Source: Lama glama (Eukaryota). From it: a stretch of DNA of 64,000 bases. Positions 1 through 11,648 of the stretch are shown one piece after another (positions within the stretch are counted from its first letter, which is position 1; the number at the start of each line of letters is the position of its first letter). The notes under the pieces were generated by a model. The model saw only the letters and a list, made by a program, of their open reading frames with translations, made no database searches and had not been told where the DNA came from. The translations under genes and the position numbers were made by a program. The stretch spans positions 42,410,001 through 42,474,000 of the forward strand of contig CM052818.1 of assembly GCA_028534125.1 (NCBI GenBank). Direction: 5' to 3'.

Positions 1-673
1 CCCTTTATATGTATTTATTCACTTATTTATTTATATCACCACAAGCTCAGTGATTGTCTGTGGTTACAATCTGTAACTATCATCATTTTAGTTTTTTTAC
101 ACAAATTATCTCAGATTTGGCCATTGGGAGCTCCTTTCCAGTTTTCTCCTGCATCCTTTGACTTGCGCCCTCCCATCAGGTTTTGAACCACAGATGTTCT
201 AGACTCCTCCTGCACTTTCCTTGCCTGGCTCTGGATTCAGTCACTGACTTCAAGGAGCCTGGATTTTTTAGTAAAGAATGGTATTTAGAAGCCAAGGCTT
301 AAGGGCTGGGTCTGCTCATTGATACTGTGGTGTCAGAGCTTCATGATCCTCTTAAGGGGACAGAGCCCTCATACGTCCACATCCGCGTTTATATCTGTCT
401 GTGATCATTTAAAAAACCATGAGTTTGTATTGCTACCTCCAGTTCCATCCATTTCCGCAGAGTTCGCTCTAGTCTTCTCTTTGTTTGTAAACTCTTTTCT
501 ATGTCAGTGAGAAACTTGACTCATTATCCACAATATATTTATTTATTTGCTTAATCCTAGAGTACATTTAAAATTCCAGCCTACTTCCTAGCTAGAGTAT
601 TTGTGTAGAGCTCTTTCTTTTAGCCTTAGAGTAATAGCACACAAAAATAATTATTTTCAAGGTTACACCACAA

Positions 674-713
<40 letters not shown>

Positions 714-850
714 ACCTTCAGTGTGATTAGCTATTCACTTATAGTACAGGTAAATTCATCTTATTTCTCTTTGTATGGTTTTCTCTGTTACTGTTTATTT
801 CAATTATAGATCTACCTTTTGAATATGTGAAACATTTACATGGAATGTGA
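1..850 (-). mobile_element. Old L1 (L1MC/MD-like) 3' region fragment; boundaries approximate
   Basis: Motifs such as cagatttggccattgggagctcc and agaatggtatttagaagccaag resemble recalled L1MC 3' UTR sequence in antisense. Confidence 0.6.
676..711 (+). repeat. (CA)18 microsatellite
   Basis: Uninterrupted CA run. Confidence 0.95.
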
Positions 851-1229
851 GAGATCATGATTTTTTTTTTATTTTTCATTTATGATATTTTGAAGCTCAG
901 ACATTCTGGGCCTGTGATTGTGCTGAATGTATGGGTTTTATTATAGTTTTATTCTTATTTTTATTTTCGAGGCTGTGTAGGTACCCTGTATATAGGATAT
1001 ATAGAAGGCCACAGGACTCAGTGGCCACCGTTTTCTTCCGCTATGCAAAACTGCCTCTGGGCAACTTCTACCTGGAATAGAAAATAGATTAAAAATAAAA
1101 CCTCTGAATATTACAGCAGAAATCTGTTTTCACTTAAGCTGAGAAGATGTCTCATGTACTGTTTTCAAGTTTTTTAGGGCCCTCTATGAACTGACCATTA
1201 GACTTTGTATGTATATTATATCATTTTAA

Positions 1230-1408
1230 AGTGAAGATTTATTTATTTTTTTGGTGTGTTTTTTAACTGTATTATTTAACTGTTTTCTTTTGGCAAGGGA
1301 GGAGATAAGTTGGGTTTATTTATTTGTTGGAGGAGGTACTGGGGATTGAACCCAGGACCTCATGCATGCTAAGCATGTGCTCTAGTTTTTGAGCTATATC
1401 CTCCCCCC
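1230..1408 (-). mobile_element. Vic-1-type tRNA-derived SINE (camelid) with 16-bp TSD
   Basis: Minus strand reads GGGGGGAGGATATAGCTC...AGAGCACATGCTTAGCATGCATGAGGTCCTGGGTTCAATCCCCAGTACCTCC (Pol III A/B boxes) plus an A-rich tail. Flanked by TATTATATCATTTTAA at 1214-1229 and 1409-1424. Confidence 0.88.
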
Positions 1409-2187
1409 TATTATATCATTTTAACCTTATCATAACTCTTTGGCGGATATGATCTTATCATTCCATTCAGCACATGAGGAAGTAGAGTAGTTAAGAAATC
1501 TCTGCAGTATCTCAGTGCTAAAATGTGGCAGAAATGCAGAATAATGAACTACCATTACTGGCAGACAGTGTAGAGGCTCAGTGTTAACTCTGGGTTAGAC
1601 ACCTATAAGGGCGTGTGTGTCTGTGTGTATACTGTTCTGTATTAAGTTATATATTATATTATCCTCAAAGTAACCTGATACGTTAGCTATTATTACCTTA
1701 TTTTTACATGGTCACAGAGCTGTTAAGTGGCAGGGTCAGCATTCAGTCTGAGACTGAACTACCACAGTGAAATCATTTCTGGCTCCATGAATTAGTCTAT
1801 TAATACTTTATCAACTTTAACTAAAAACCAAAGCCTGGCCTTAATAAAAATTAGCTTCTATAGCAGCTCCTTAAAGTAAACACACGTATTTGTGGGGGCT
1901 CATGTGGCATGACTGCTTATTTGTCCTAGAAAATAAATTGTAAGCCAAAATCTTTCCTCTTCTTATTTTAACACAAAGGATTTTCCCCCATCGTATGTCT
2001 CATTTTAAAAGTGTTTCATTAAATATTATATTTAACCACACGGAAGCATATATTAATGTATTGGAGTCACAACAGCACTTACGGAGAGTGATTATAGAAT
2101 GCTTTATTGTGTAATTTCTGTCTTTAGAGATACAATAAAATAAGTAGGAAGCTGTAAAACATGGCTCCTAACTGCAGTTGCTGGCCT

Positions 2188-2192
<5 letters not shown>

Positions 2193-2222
<30 letters not shown>
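2193..2222 (+). repeat. (GT)15 microsatellite
   Basis: Uninterrupted GT run. Confidence 0.95.
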
Positions 2223-2224
<2 letters not shown>

Positions 2225-4149
2225 ATGTGCCCCACGTACAACTCCAAACATCTGGAAGCCCCTGGGAACTTAATTCTTTCATCGCATTCTCCCCATCCCA
2301 AGGGCGTGTGTGCTCTACCCTAGGAGAGCCTTTCTGTGGCGACTGAGAACCATTTATTCTTGAGCAGTTCACAGCTAGGTGCTCCTTTTCCTAATACACC
2401 TGAGGAGAGAAGCAGAGGCTAAAAGTTTGTGCTCATCACTGGACCTAGAGGCAAAGGTAGGAGAGAATTCAGGTGCTCATTCTTATCAGAACACCCTTCC
2501 CGGGGCAGGTAGGCATCCCTCCCCCACGGGCTAGGGAAGGTGGTTTGACCCTTCAGGCTGTCTCAACAACACGTTCTCCTTCTGTTACAAGCAGTGCAAG
2601 ATGTGATGCTTACAAAATTCTCTCGGTAGCTGTGTTTATTCTGTCGTTCTCTGCCATTGAAATGGGAATCTGGTAGAAGATTAGCTGTCCCACATTTCAT
2701 ATTTGAACTTTAATCTTATTTCCACAACTTTACATTTTCTATTTAATAAAATTTATAAATACTCGGAAATGGATAGGATCATAATTTATGTTCTGTTTAT
2801 GTTTTCTTGTCTAATAATAATAATTACCATAATGAATGGTCATAATACTGTTTTGAGTACCTAGTGTGTGCCAGGCACTGGTCTGAATACTGCTTAGTTC
2901 AGTGGGGCAGTCTGACAGCTTCTAAGTCCAACAACTTATGACTTTTTAGTCTTCTAGAAATTTGACTTCCCTTCACCAGAGATCTTCACCGGATCCAGTG
3001 GCCACAACAGGTATTGTTGGCCACCTGAAACCTTATCAAAGAGTAGCTGTAACAGACAGGACGACTAGAGACCATTCCTGTCACCTTTTTGTATTTCTAT
3101 ACATCTACTGAAGTAGGGATTTTGGTTGGTTGGTTGGTTTTGTATTTTGTATTTGTGTACGGAGACAGCACAGTCTGACTTTACTGTATCCCTGAAAGGA
3201 ATTGCACAGTTCCAGGGTAACTTTAAATCAGGTGTCATCATCCAGCCTTTTAGAACCAGCCTAGCAGCACATAAGCTCACATGGAAGATAGGAATATGGT
3301 GATTAATAGCACTGCTATCAATAATAATCCTCTACACGTTGGCAATTTCTTTCTATTCAGGAAGTACTTTCATATGCATTAATACCTATTCACATTCACA
3401 AATACCTAAAGATGAAATAAGCTGCCGTCATTGCGCGCATAGGGAGATGCAGATCTCAGGAGCGCTGCCTCGGCTCAAGATAGGCACGTTCACTTTGAGC
3501 AGCCACAGAGGAGTTTAAAGCTAAAGCTGTCCTCATCTGAGAATAAGTGACTCAGCCCACTTTTTCAAGGACAGTGACTCTGTGTCTGATAAGGAGGCTG
3601 CAGCAGCTTGACAAATTGACTTCCAGCAAGGGCAAAAGTCACCCAATTCAATGAGGAAGGAAACATCATTGTCAGAGACAAAAGGGAAAGAGGTGTTCTT
3701 CCGTTTGAGTCATTTGAATTTTGTCCTTTAAAGTCCTATGATGTTTAGTTAGTGGCGGCAGCGTGGAACCGGCACCAGCTATATGATGCCTGTAAAACAG
3801 GTGACGTTTGCACCCCCCAGCTCGCTGCTACTTCTGTTTTCACAGGAGGGGAAGGACAGAATAAAACAAGGTGTAGGAATAAGTAATTTCTCTGAAGCTT
3901 ATTTTCACTGATCTGTGGAAGGCATACTTAAGAGTCGTTTCAAATACTGTATTTATTGCACAAGTGAGATTTTCAGAAGATGAAAGTTAACCCACGATTC
4001 CATTATCCTAAAAGAGCTATGTTTCTTTTTCTATCCTGCTTAATTTATAGACATAATTCTTACTAGAAGAAATCATAGCACACGTCCAGGTTCCCACTTT
4101 TTTGTACTAGCATGTTATGTAGATGATATAAATGCCTCCTGTCATTTGC

Positions 4150-4290
4150 TGTGTGTCTGCCATGTGCCAGCTTCCCGCTAGCTATTTTATTCATATTCTT
4201 TTATTTAATATTCACAACCACCATATAAAGGTGTATTTCATCTTACAGAAGAGGAAATTAGGCCTCAGAAAGGTCCAGTAATATCTCCAA
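4150..4290 (-). mobile_element. MIR SINE fragment (one of many; others near 8500, 28210, 30480, 32750, 34250, 41790, 62700)
   Basis: MIR core-like cttacagaagaggaaattaggcctcagaaagg preceded by cacaaccaccatataaaggt. Confidence 0.65.
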
Positions 4291-5864
4291 AATAAACATT
4301 TTTCTGTTACTTTATCAGCTCTATTTTGAAAGCTGTGCATTTAATAGAATCGCCCTTTACCATTTATTTTAGAGTCTTTTTGTGTAATATGTTCTGAAGT
4401 ACATTATGAAGTCCTTATGAAGTACGCTGAGCATTTGAAAGCCACCTACCGTTAGTTTTTCCCTGATGTTGAAATATGTTCTATAGTCATTTCATATTGT
4501 AGCTGTATTTGGACACTTAAATCAGTTCTCTGTACTTCTTATATTCTTATGAAATATATTTAAGTTCACTCATTTTGAGTTTTGGTTACCAGAATTTATA
4601 TTTAAAGCCTCATAGGACGTGATGAACAAGATAAGCTTATAGTCTTTGTAAGTTTCGATAAATTTAGGTATTTTAATATGTGGACACAATCTTAGATGAA
4701 CACTTGTATATCAGAGAACATAATGATTGTCTGGCAAAGTGTATTCTTTATCATGTGTTAAAAAAGCATGTGCTCGAGTCCATTTTTAGGCCCATTTCCT
4801 TCTCACAGAAGGCAATGCTTTTGCATCTACGGTGATAGAATTTAAACCTGCCTTCTTAAGAGCTGGGTAATAACGATTTGAAATCCTGTACAACATACTG
4901 GAGTATGTAAGTGTGCATACACAAAACGGGTGATTGTGTACGTCACTGTATTTTTCACATTTGTATTTTGAACATGGTGTTCAATGCTCTGAAAAGTAAG
5001 TGACTAATAATTGAAATGCTGGGTGAGGATTCAGAAGAAAATGTTTCCTGGCAAAGCCACCCTGTTTAAGTAAGTCTGCGTACATGTGAGAAAGGTGTTA
5101 CACGAAGGAGTTTATTACCAAACACATTTTAAAAAATGGGATCTAATATTTGCACACGGATATAAAAACAAACATACAAAGGTCTCATTTATAATTTCTT
5201 TTCTCTTTCTTTCCCTTTTGATACAGTTCACGTCCTAAAAATGTACAAGCTATTAATTTCTGAAAAGAAGGAAATATATATGATATTGAAGACATGAATC
5301 CCTTTTTCCTAATCTCTTCATTTTCATGGCATGACTCTGCATTTCATATAAAGGAGAAGCTTCTTGTCATCGCTTCCACGGCAGCTAATTATGGAAACTT
5401 GAATATTGGCATCATTAGGGGACTTGTCATTCAATTGTTCTAAAAACTTTTTAAGCACAAAACCTTCTCTATAAATTGTAAAACCTCAGATTATAACTCA
5501 GAAAGAAGAGAGCCGCCATATTCCGACCCTCTCCCCTGCTTCAGACCTCCAGGCACCTCCTACAGCCTCCTAGATGTCAGGGGCTTTTGGAGCCCATTTT
5601 TAAGATGAGGAAAATGAGACTCAAAGAGAGGGACTTGGCCAAAACCGCAGAGCTAACCACAAGGCATCATCATGTGCTGAGACATAATGTCAGCAATCAT
5701 GCCACCTGTGGGTCTTTTTCAGTCATCTCCTTTTTGGTGGGATCTTTTTTTAAACCTTACATCTTTCTTCATTTTAAAAAAAAAGAACAGCCGAAACTTT
5801 ATGGTAACTCCATGAATATTTAATATCATTCTGTGCTACAGTACTTTATAAATAATTATATCTT

Positions 5865-6310
5865 CATTTGTTCATTTGTATATCCACTCATTCGTTCATT
5901 CACTCACTCAGTAGGTTCTCTGCATTTCCTCTATATCAGGCGTGATTGATTTTAAGTCGCAGGGATAAAGCAGTGAACACATAAAGGTCTCTGTTTTCAC
6001 CAATAGATATGCAATATGTTACATCCTTATAAGTGCTCAGAAGGAAAGTAAACCAAGGTGAGGGAGGTAGATGGGGAGGGGGCCACTGCTTTAGGTGGGG
6101 CAGTTAAACGCAGTGCACTTTCTGATATGTTGACGTTTGAGAGACTTGAAGGGAATGAGGGAATGTGCCGTGCAGGTATCTGAGGAAAGAATGTTCCAGA
6201 CAGAGGAAGCAGATCCAGGCTTCCGAGGTGGAAGTGTGGGTGATGAAGACACAGAGTGCCTGCAGGGCCCTGGGGCTGGAGGAGTTTAGGGTGGTGAGGT
6301 CATGTAATGA
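5865..6310 (-). mobile_element. L2 LINE 3' fragment
   Basis: (CATT)-like terminal repeats followed by L2-typical gaggaaagaatgttccagacagaggaagcag. Confidence 0.7.
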
Positions 6311-7950
6311 CAGGTGCATGTCTTGAGTTTGAGAGCTTTTTTTTTTTTTCAACGTTTCTTTAGAAATACACAAGTAAATATTGCCAAACTCCCAATTAGA
6401 CCACTGATTTAAATAATTCAAAGCTCATCTATCTTACTGAGCCCTCTAGTTTCAGAACATCCTGATCTGAGAATGATTATCTATGGGTTCTGCCACTTGC
6501 TCACCATGTTACTAGGATAGGTAAGCCTGTTTCTTCATCTGTAAAGAGAGGTTAACAATACCTGTGCTGTTCTCCACACAGCTGTTGTAAGGGTCAATGG
6601 GCGTAATGTATTACAAAATTTTTCAACAGCTAGAAAATGCTTGTGGGTTATTATTCTGTGGAAGAATGACGGTGGAGGGGGCACTTTAAGGCAGAGTTTG
6701 AACAATCTGACTGGTCACTGTCTGAGCACACTCCCCATAGTAACCACAGTAGTCTCATGGTGACACAGAGGTACCATCCATTCTCATCCTTCCACGCTAT
6801 CACCGTCTGAGTCTTACATACCCAGACATAGAGCATCTGTGTTGAGAGAGCCTGCGAAGCAGGAGAAGCAGCGTTTGGCTTATTTTTATATTTAAAACTG
6901 CATTCTAACTTAAAATAGCAAATATTTTCATTTACGGAGGTGTCAGAGATGTGATTCAGGACTGCCTCAATATGTAAGAAGTATCATTTGGTCATTTAGT
7001 GAGAGGAAAAATGAGTATTCTTTATTTGACCGACTTTTTTTTGCATTAGAAATGGAAATGTGAATAACAGATCTTTTATTTGATTATGATTTATACCAAA
7101 GAAAGTCATGACAAATGTACTGTAATAAAAATCTTTAATTGTGAATTAGAGAAATTTTCTCGACAACAGAAGATTTAGCAGTAGTAATGCTAAAATGAAA
7201 ATTTGCAACACATTTAGGATAATTTAAACTAGAAATATTAGCAAATGTTGAATATGGTAAACTATTGCAATTTCACATGAGACAATTTAGTATTTTTTTA
7301 AAATTACAGAACTGTATCCTTTTAAACATTTAGCGTGTATGAATACATATGTGCCTGAAAACATTATATTTATATTTGATTTGCATATTTGTCTTTACAT
7401 GGAAGAAGAAAACATTTCAGGTAGTTGAATCATTATTCTGATAGATTTATGTCAGTTTTCTGTCAAATTGCAAGGTGTTATTTTATTCTTGAGTCTAATA
7501 TCTTGAAATAGAGCGTTTAGTTCTGAAACAGGTAAAACAGGGATACTTCTTTGTGATAATTTTAATAAGGCATTCATCTACTAAATTTGGATAAAAACTC
7601 CTGTGCATGTAGGTATTTAGAGACAATTCAGTGTTTTAACATAACATACATTGCATGCCAGTAAGCCAGTTCTGTGGAAACCCACTTGTTTGAATTTATT
7701 TTGATAAAAATATTAAGAAACTTCCTGTGATTGCGTTCTAAAAAAATTTTAACATAAATGTTTGAAATTGGGTAAAACAGCTTTTGAAGGTGTTTTGGGG
7801 GGATAGGGTTTGGGGTGGGGGATGTTGAATCGTCTCTTAACACATTGTAAAGATTTCCAAGAGAGTGTTTCATCAAAATGGTCAAATTTGAATTTCTCTG
7901 TAAATCAGACAGCTTTGGCCGCCAGTTTCAGGTGTGTGTTCGCCTTCCAG

Positions 7951-8090
7951 GTGGGCGTCACTGACACGGAGGATGAGGAGAAGCGCTACTCACTCTTCGT
8001 GGAGCTCCTGGACGCCAGTCACCGAGACGCTGAGTTTCAGCACCTGGTTTTGCTCTTGCAGGCGTGGCCACCTATGAAGCGTGAATATGT
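7951..8090 (+). CDS. NBAS: NBAS internal coding exon (about human exon 49), 140 nt
   Basis: Acceptor cgccttccag|GTG, donor ATATGT|gtgagt. Encodes VGVTDTEDEEKRYSLFVELLDASHRDAEFQHLVLLLQAWPPMKREY(V), matching recalled human NBAS VDIADIENEENRYCLFMELLESSHHEAEFQHLVLLLQAWPPMKSEYV. Ends in phase 2. Confidence 0.96.
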
Positions 8091-11000
8091 GTGAGTATTA
8101 ACATGGAAGATATCTTCTGTCTGACTTTAGGTTTTAAAAATCAGTACCTTCAGAAGAGCCGTGAGGGATATATATATAAAATCGGTATTAGCCTTTAGAT
8201 GAAATTAAAATTTTTTCTTGAAGTATTGCGGTTTCTATTTCTCCTTGCCCCTAAACCCAAAGATCTTCTTTAAAAATAGACAGACAGTGCTTGATAAGAA
8301 TATCTGATTTGTGGCGTCAACAAGGTAATTTTGTGCCAGTATTTTCACCAGGAAATTTTTTGACTCTTAACACAGCTGACAATGCTAACTTGAGAATCCA
8401 CGTGGAGTAAATGGATAATTCCATGTATTGAGAACACACAGTGTTATGTGCAGTTTACATGTTATCAGTTCACACAACAAATCTACATGGGAAGGCGACG
8501 TTAGCACATTTTATAGGTGAAAAAATTGAAGCTCAGAGGTGAAATAACTTCGGCCTCACTCGGCTGTTAGGTGGAGGAGACTGAGGTCTGACCACTGCGG
8601 GCTCCCTGCACGGTCCACGTGGTTTCCTCCACGTCCTGCCCAGCTGGCGGCCGCAGCTCTGAGCTACGTGACAGTGGTCAGACCATCCCTGTGCTTATCG
8701 GCCAAGGATTCCTTTGGAGGGAGTGGCCAGATCTCCTCCAAGCACATATGCTGTCTGTCAGGACCGGCTGCTCCTTGTTGACAGAAAGCAGCAGCCCCTG
8801 CGCCTCTTCCAGACGCCCGGCGGGCCTCCTCTCCGTCTTCCCACGCTCGGCTGTGTGCGCGTCTCCACACCTGAGATGTTAAGGATGTTTTCCTGAAAAT
8901 CAGTAGTTCCGTGAGCAGTGTAGGACCACTCAGGAACATCTGGACAAGCCTCTTTACCTTCACCCTGGCATGAGATTCTTAGGGATTTCTGAAGCCAACC
9001 AAGCAGTTTTTCCACCGAGTCTTTTCAGAAAGGAAAGAAGCATTTCTTAGATCTCGGTTGTTGAGGGCAGAGATGGCATGCTGACGTGGAGCTTTAGAGA
9101 ACAGGCTCTTACCTTCGCTGTTTGAAACTCTGCAGTGCAAGTTCTCACATCATAAAGACTTCAGCTTCACTTGTGACAGCGCCTTGAAACACCATTTCCA
9201 TTGGGTTCCCAATTATCTCGGCAGCGCTGCCTCAGGACCTGGGGTGCTTGTTAAAAACAGTGCTGCACTTGCTCGTTGGGTCCATCTCTCGTACTGGAGT
9301 CCGAGCATCAGTGTCTGAACGCTCCGAGGTGACCATAATGGGAAGTAGATGTGGGGCCCCCTCGTCAGATTGTTAGTGATGCTTCACTTTTTCAGAAGAT
9401 CATTAGGTCTGAATTGTAGATTTCTTCATACACTCGAAATGGATCATCTCTTAGACTTGAGAATTTTTCTGATTCAAAATATGACACCTCTAGTGTCATA
9501 AACTGTGGTTCTGCGCTTTCTCTGACTTTTAGAACACTGCCCATTTCAAATCACTCACCCACAAGATGCAAATCAGCTTCATTGAAAACATTTATTGCAC
9601 TTAAAACATTTAATGCATTTGTAGACAAAAAGATACTCATTTTTAAAGGTATATTCTTACTTTTGGAGTCTCCTGGGTAATCTGTAAATTGCTGACCTGT
9701 GTGAGGAATTTACAGACCTCCTTTATGAAATCATTAGCATCAGAACCAAGCATTACCAGCCCACTTAACCCTCTTACAGCCGTGTCTCCTTCCTCTACCT
9801 AAGAGCTAACCAGAGGGCAAGTCAAATAAAGTCCATTTCTGCTGCTTGCCTGGTCCCAATTTGTGTTTTACAGGAGAATGTATGACGGGATATTTAAACA
9901 CAGGTTCTTAAAAGCACTTCTGAGTACCTTGTTTTTGGCCAGACACAGTGCAGTGCTTGACTCCAGCGCTTCCAAAGCAACCCAAAAAGGAGGCGGGGAG
10001 GAGGAGGAAGGGTGGTGTGACAGTGACTGAGTGTTGCCAGGCAACACAGTAAAGTTAAAAACTGAGAAATTTGCTTGATCCACAAGACTGCTAATTCACC
10101 AGCACCAGCTTTAGACTTTTAGTTTTAGTCCCTCGTGGGAGCATGGATGGAAAGCTTAATGGATTTGTACTTACAGAAGATGCACGTTTTCCTCCTGTGT
10201 ACCCCAGCTGGCTGGTGGAAAACGCCTTTTGATCATTGTTTTCCAAGACCCTGGAGTGCGTGGTGCTGGCTGACCAACGTTTCTGCTGCAGGGAGGCGGC
10301 CCGTTAGAGGAAAACCCAGGAGAGCTGAAGTCAGACTTGAAAGACGGAAACAGGGCGCGTCCTTGCTACGGAGCCTCCTCCGTCAGCCGCTCTCGAGCTT
10401 TGTCTGTGCCTTGGAATCAGCAATGTTCTGTGTCCTCACGGGCTGTCAGTTTGAGCTGAGACACAGAGGCTCCGCCAGAGGCCTGTGTTGTGAGCTCCCG
10501 TGTTGATGTCACTTACCCTTGATGCTCTTCGCAGGCGCAAGGAACGAAATTCTTTCAAGGGAAGGACCATCCTGAGGGGTTCAGTGTCTAGGATCCAGAG
10601 CCGTGCTAATGAGACAGCACTCTTAATAAATAGTGAAACGATTTTAAAATGCTGTAGGTAAGATCAGGACCCGGGCACGAGCGCACCTTTAACTTGGGTC
10701 TTGAAATGTGCATCCTGATGTGTGTCTGAAATAAGGGAAAGTGGCAGCCAGAGGCGGGAAACGAGAGGCAAGCCTGTGCGCTTTCAATCTCGGAGGTAAG
10801 GAAAGTAAATAGTAAGTCAGGTGCTGGGAGTACACTTCACAGTTACACATCATTCATTAAACGATGCCCCCTGCGGGGAGGACAGTACGTTGCCTTTTCA
10901 GAGTGAAAAGAACCGAAGCCCAGAAGGGTCGGGTGGCCTCCCCAGAACCATACAGCTGCAACCTTTTTTTTTTTTCCTTTAGAAACTCAAGAGTTAGCGT

Positions 11001-11503
11001 TTTATAAAGACACCCTCGATACACACTCAAACACATGATCACAGGAAAACACAAGAATGAGAGACAGTGCGGATTTTTACAGGAAAACAAAACGACTCCG
11101 TACTCAGACCCCGTGCTTGTGGGCAAGAGTCAAGATGATGTGAGCATCTTCTGAGACACCTTAAAATGAGAGCTTTTAAGTAGCTTCCATGAGTCACCCC
11201 AGTAGCAAGTCAAGGAGCCAGAACGTGCGCCCCAAGCTGCTGGGCTTCCAGCAGCCTGTGCCCCTCACACCCCATCCCCCACTGCCTCCATGCTGCTGGG
11301 GCCATGTCACAGTCAGCTCCTTTCCCTCTGCAAGATGTCCTCTTTTCCACAAGATAGACGTGAAGAAACACATCATCTAGATTATGACTGCAGTTTTCCA
11401 AAAGCATTTCACGTCAAAAAGGGGGGTTTCTTGTCTATATTAAAACTCTTATGATTGCTCATAGCTTTAAGCATGTCCAATGCCATGCGTTTTTCTCCCT
11501 TAG

Positions 11504-11648
11504 AACCAACGTAACCAAGAACCCGTGGGTGAGACTGGCTACAGCGATGCTGACCAGGTGTCCGACAAAGGACAAGGAAGGGCTGGGGAACGAAGTGCTG
11601 AGAATCTGTCGCTCTTTGTATGACACCGAACAGATGCTGCCTGCAGAG
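11504..11648 (+). CDS. NBAS: NBAS internal coding exon (about human exon 50), 145 nt
   Basis: Acceptor ttttctcccttag|A, donor GCAGAG|gtgagt. The first A completes GTA (Val) from the previous exon, then TNVTKNPWVRLATAMLTRCPTKDKEGLGNEVLRICRSLYDTEQMLPAE. Ends in phase 0. Confidence 0.96.

Noticed and set aside
1330..1408. Possible tRNA gene
   Set aside because: A/B boxes are present, but the A-rich tail and TSD mark it as a SINE.
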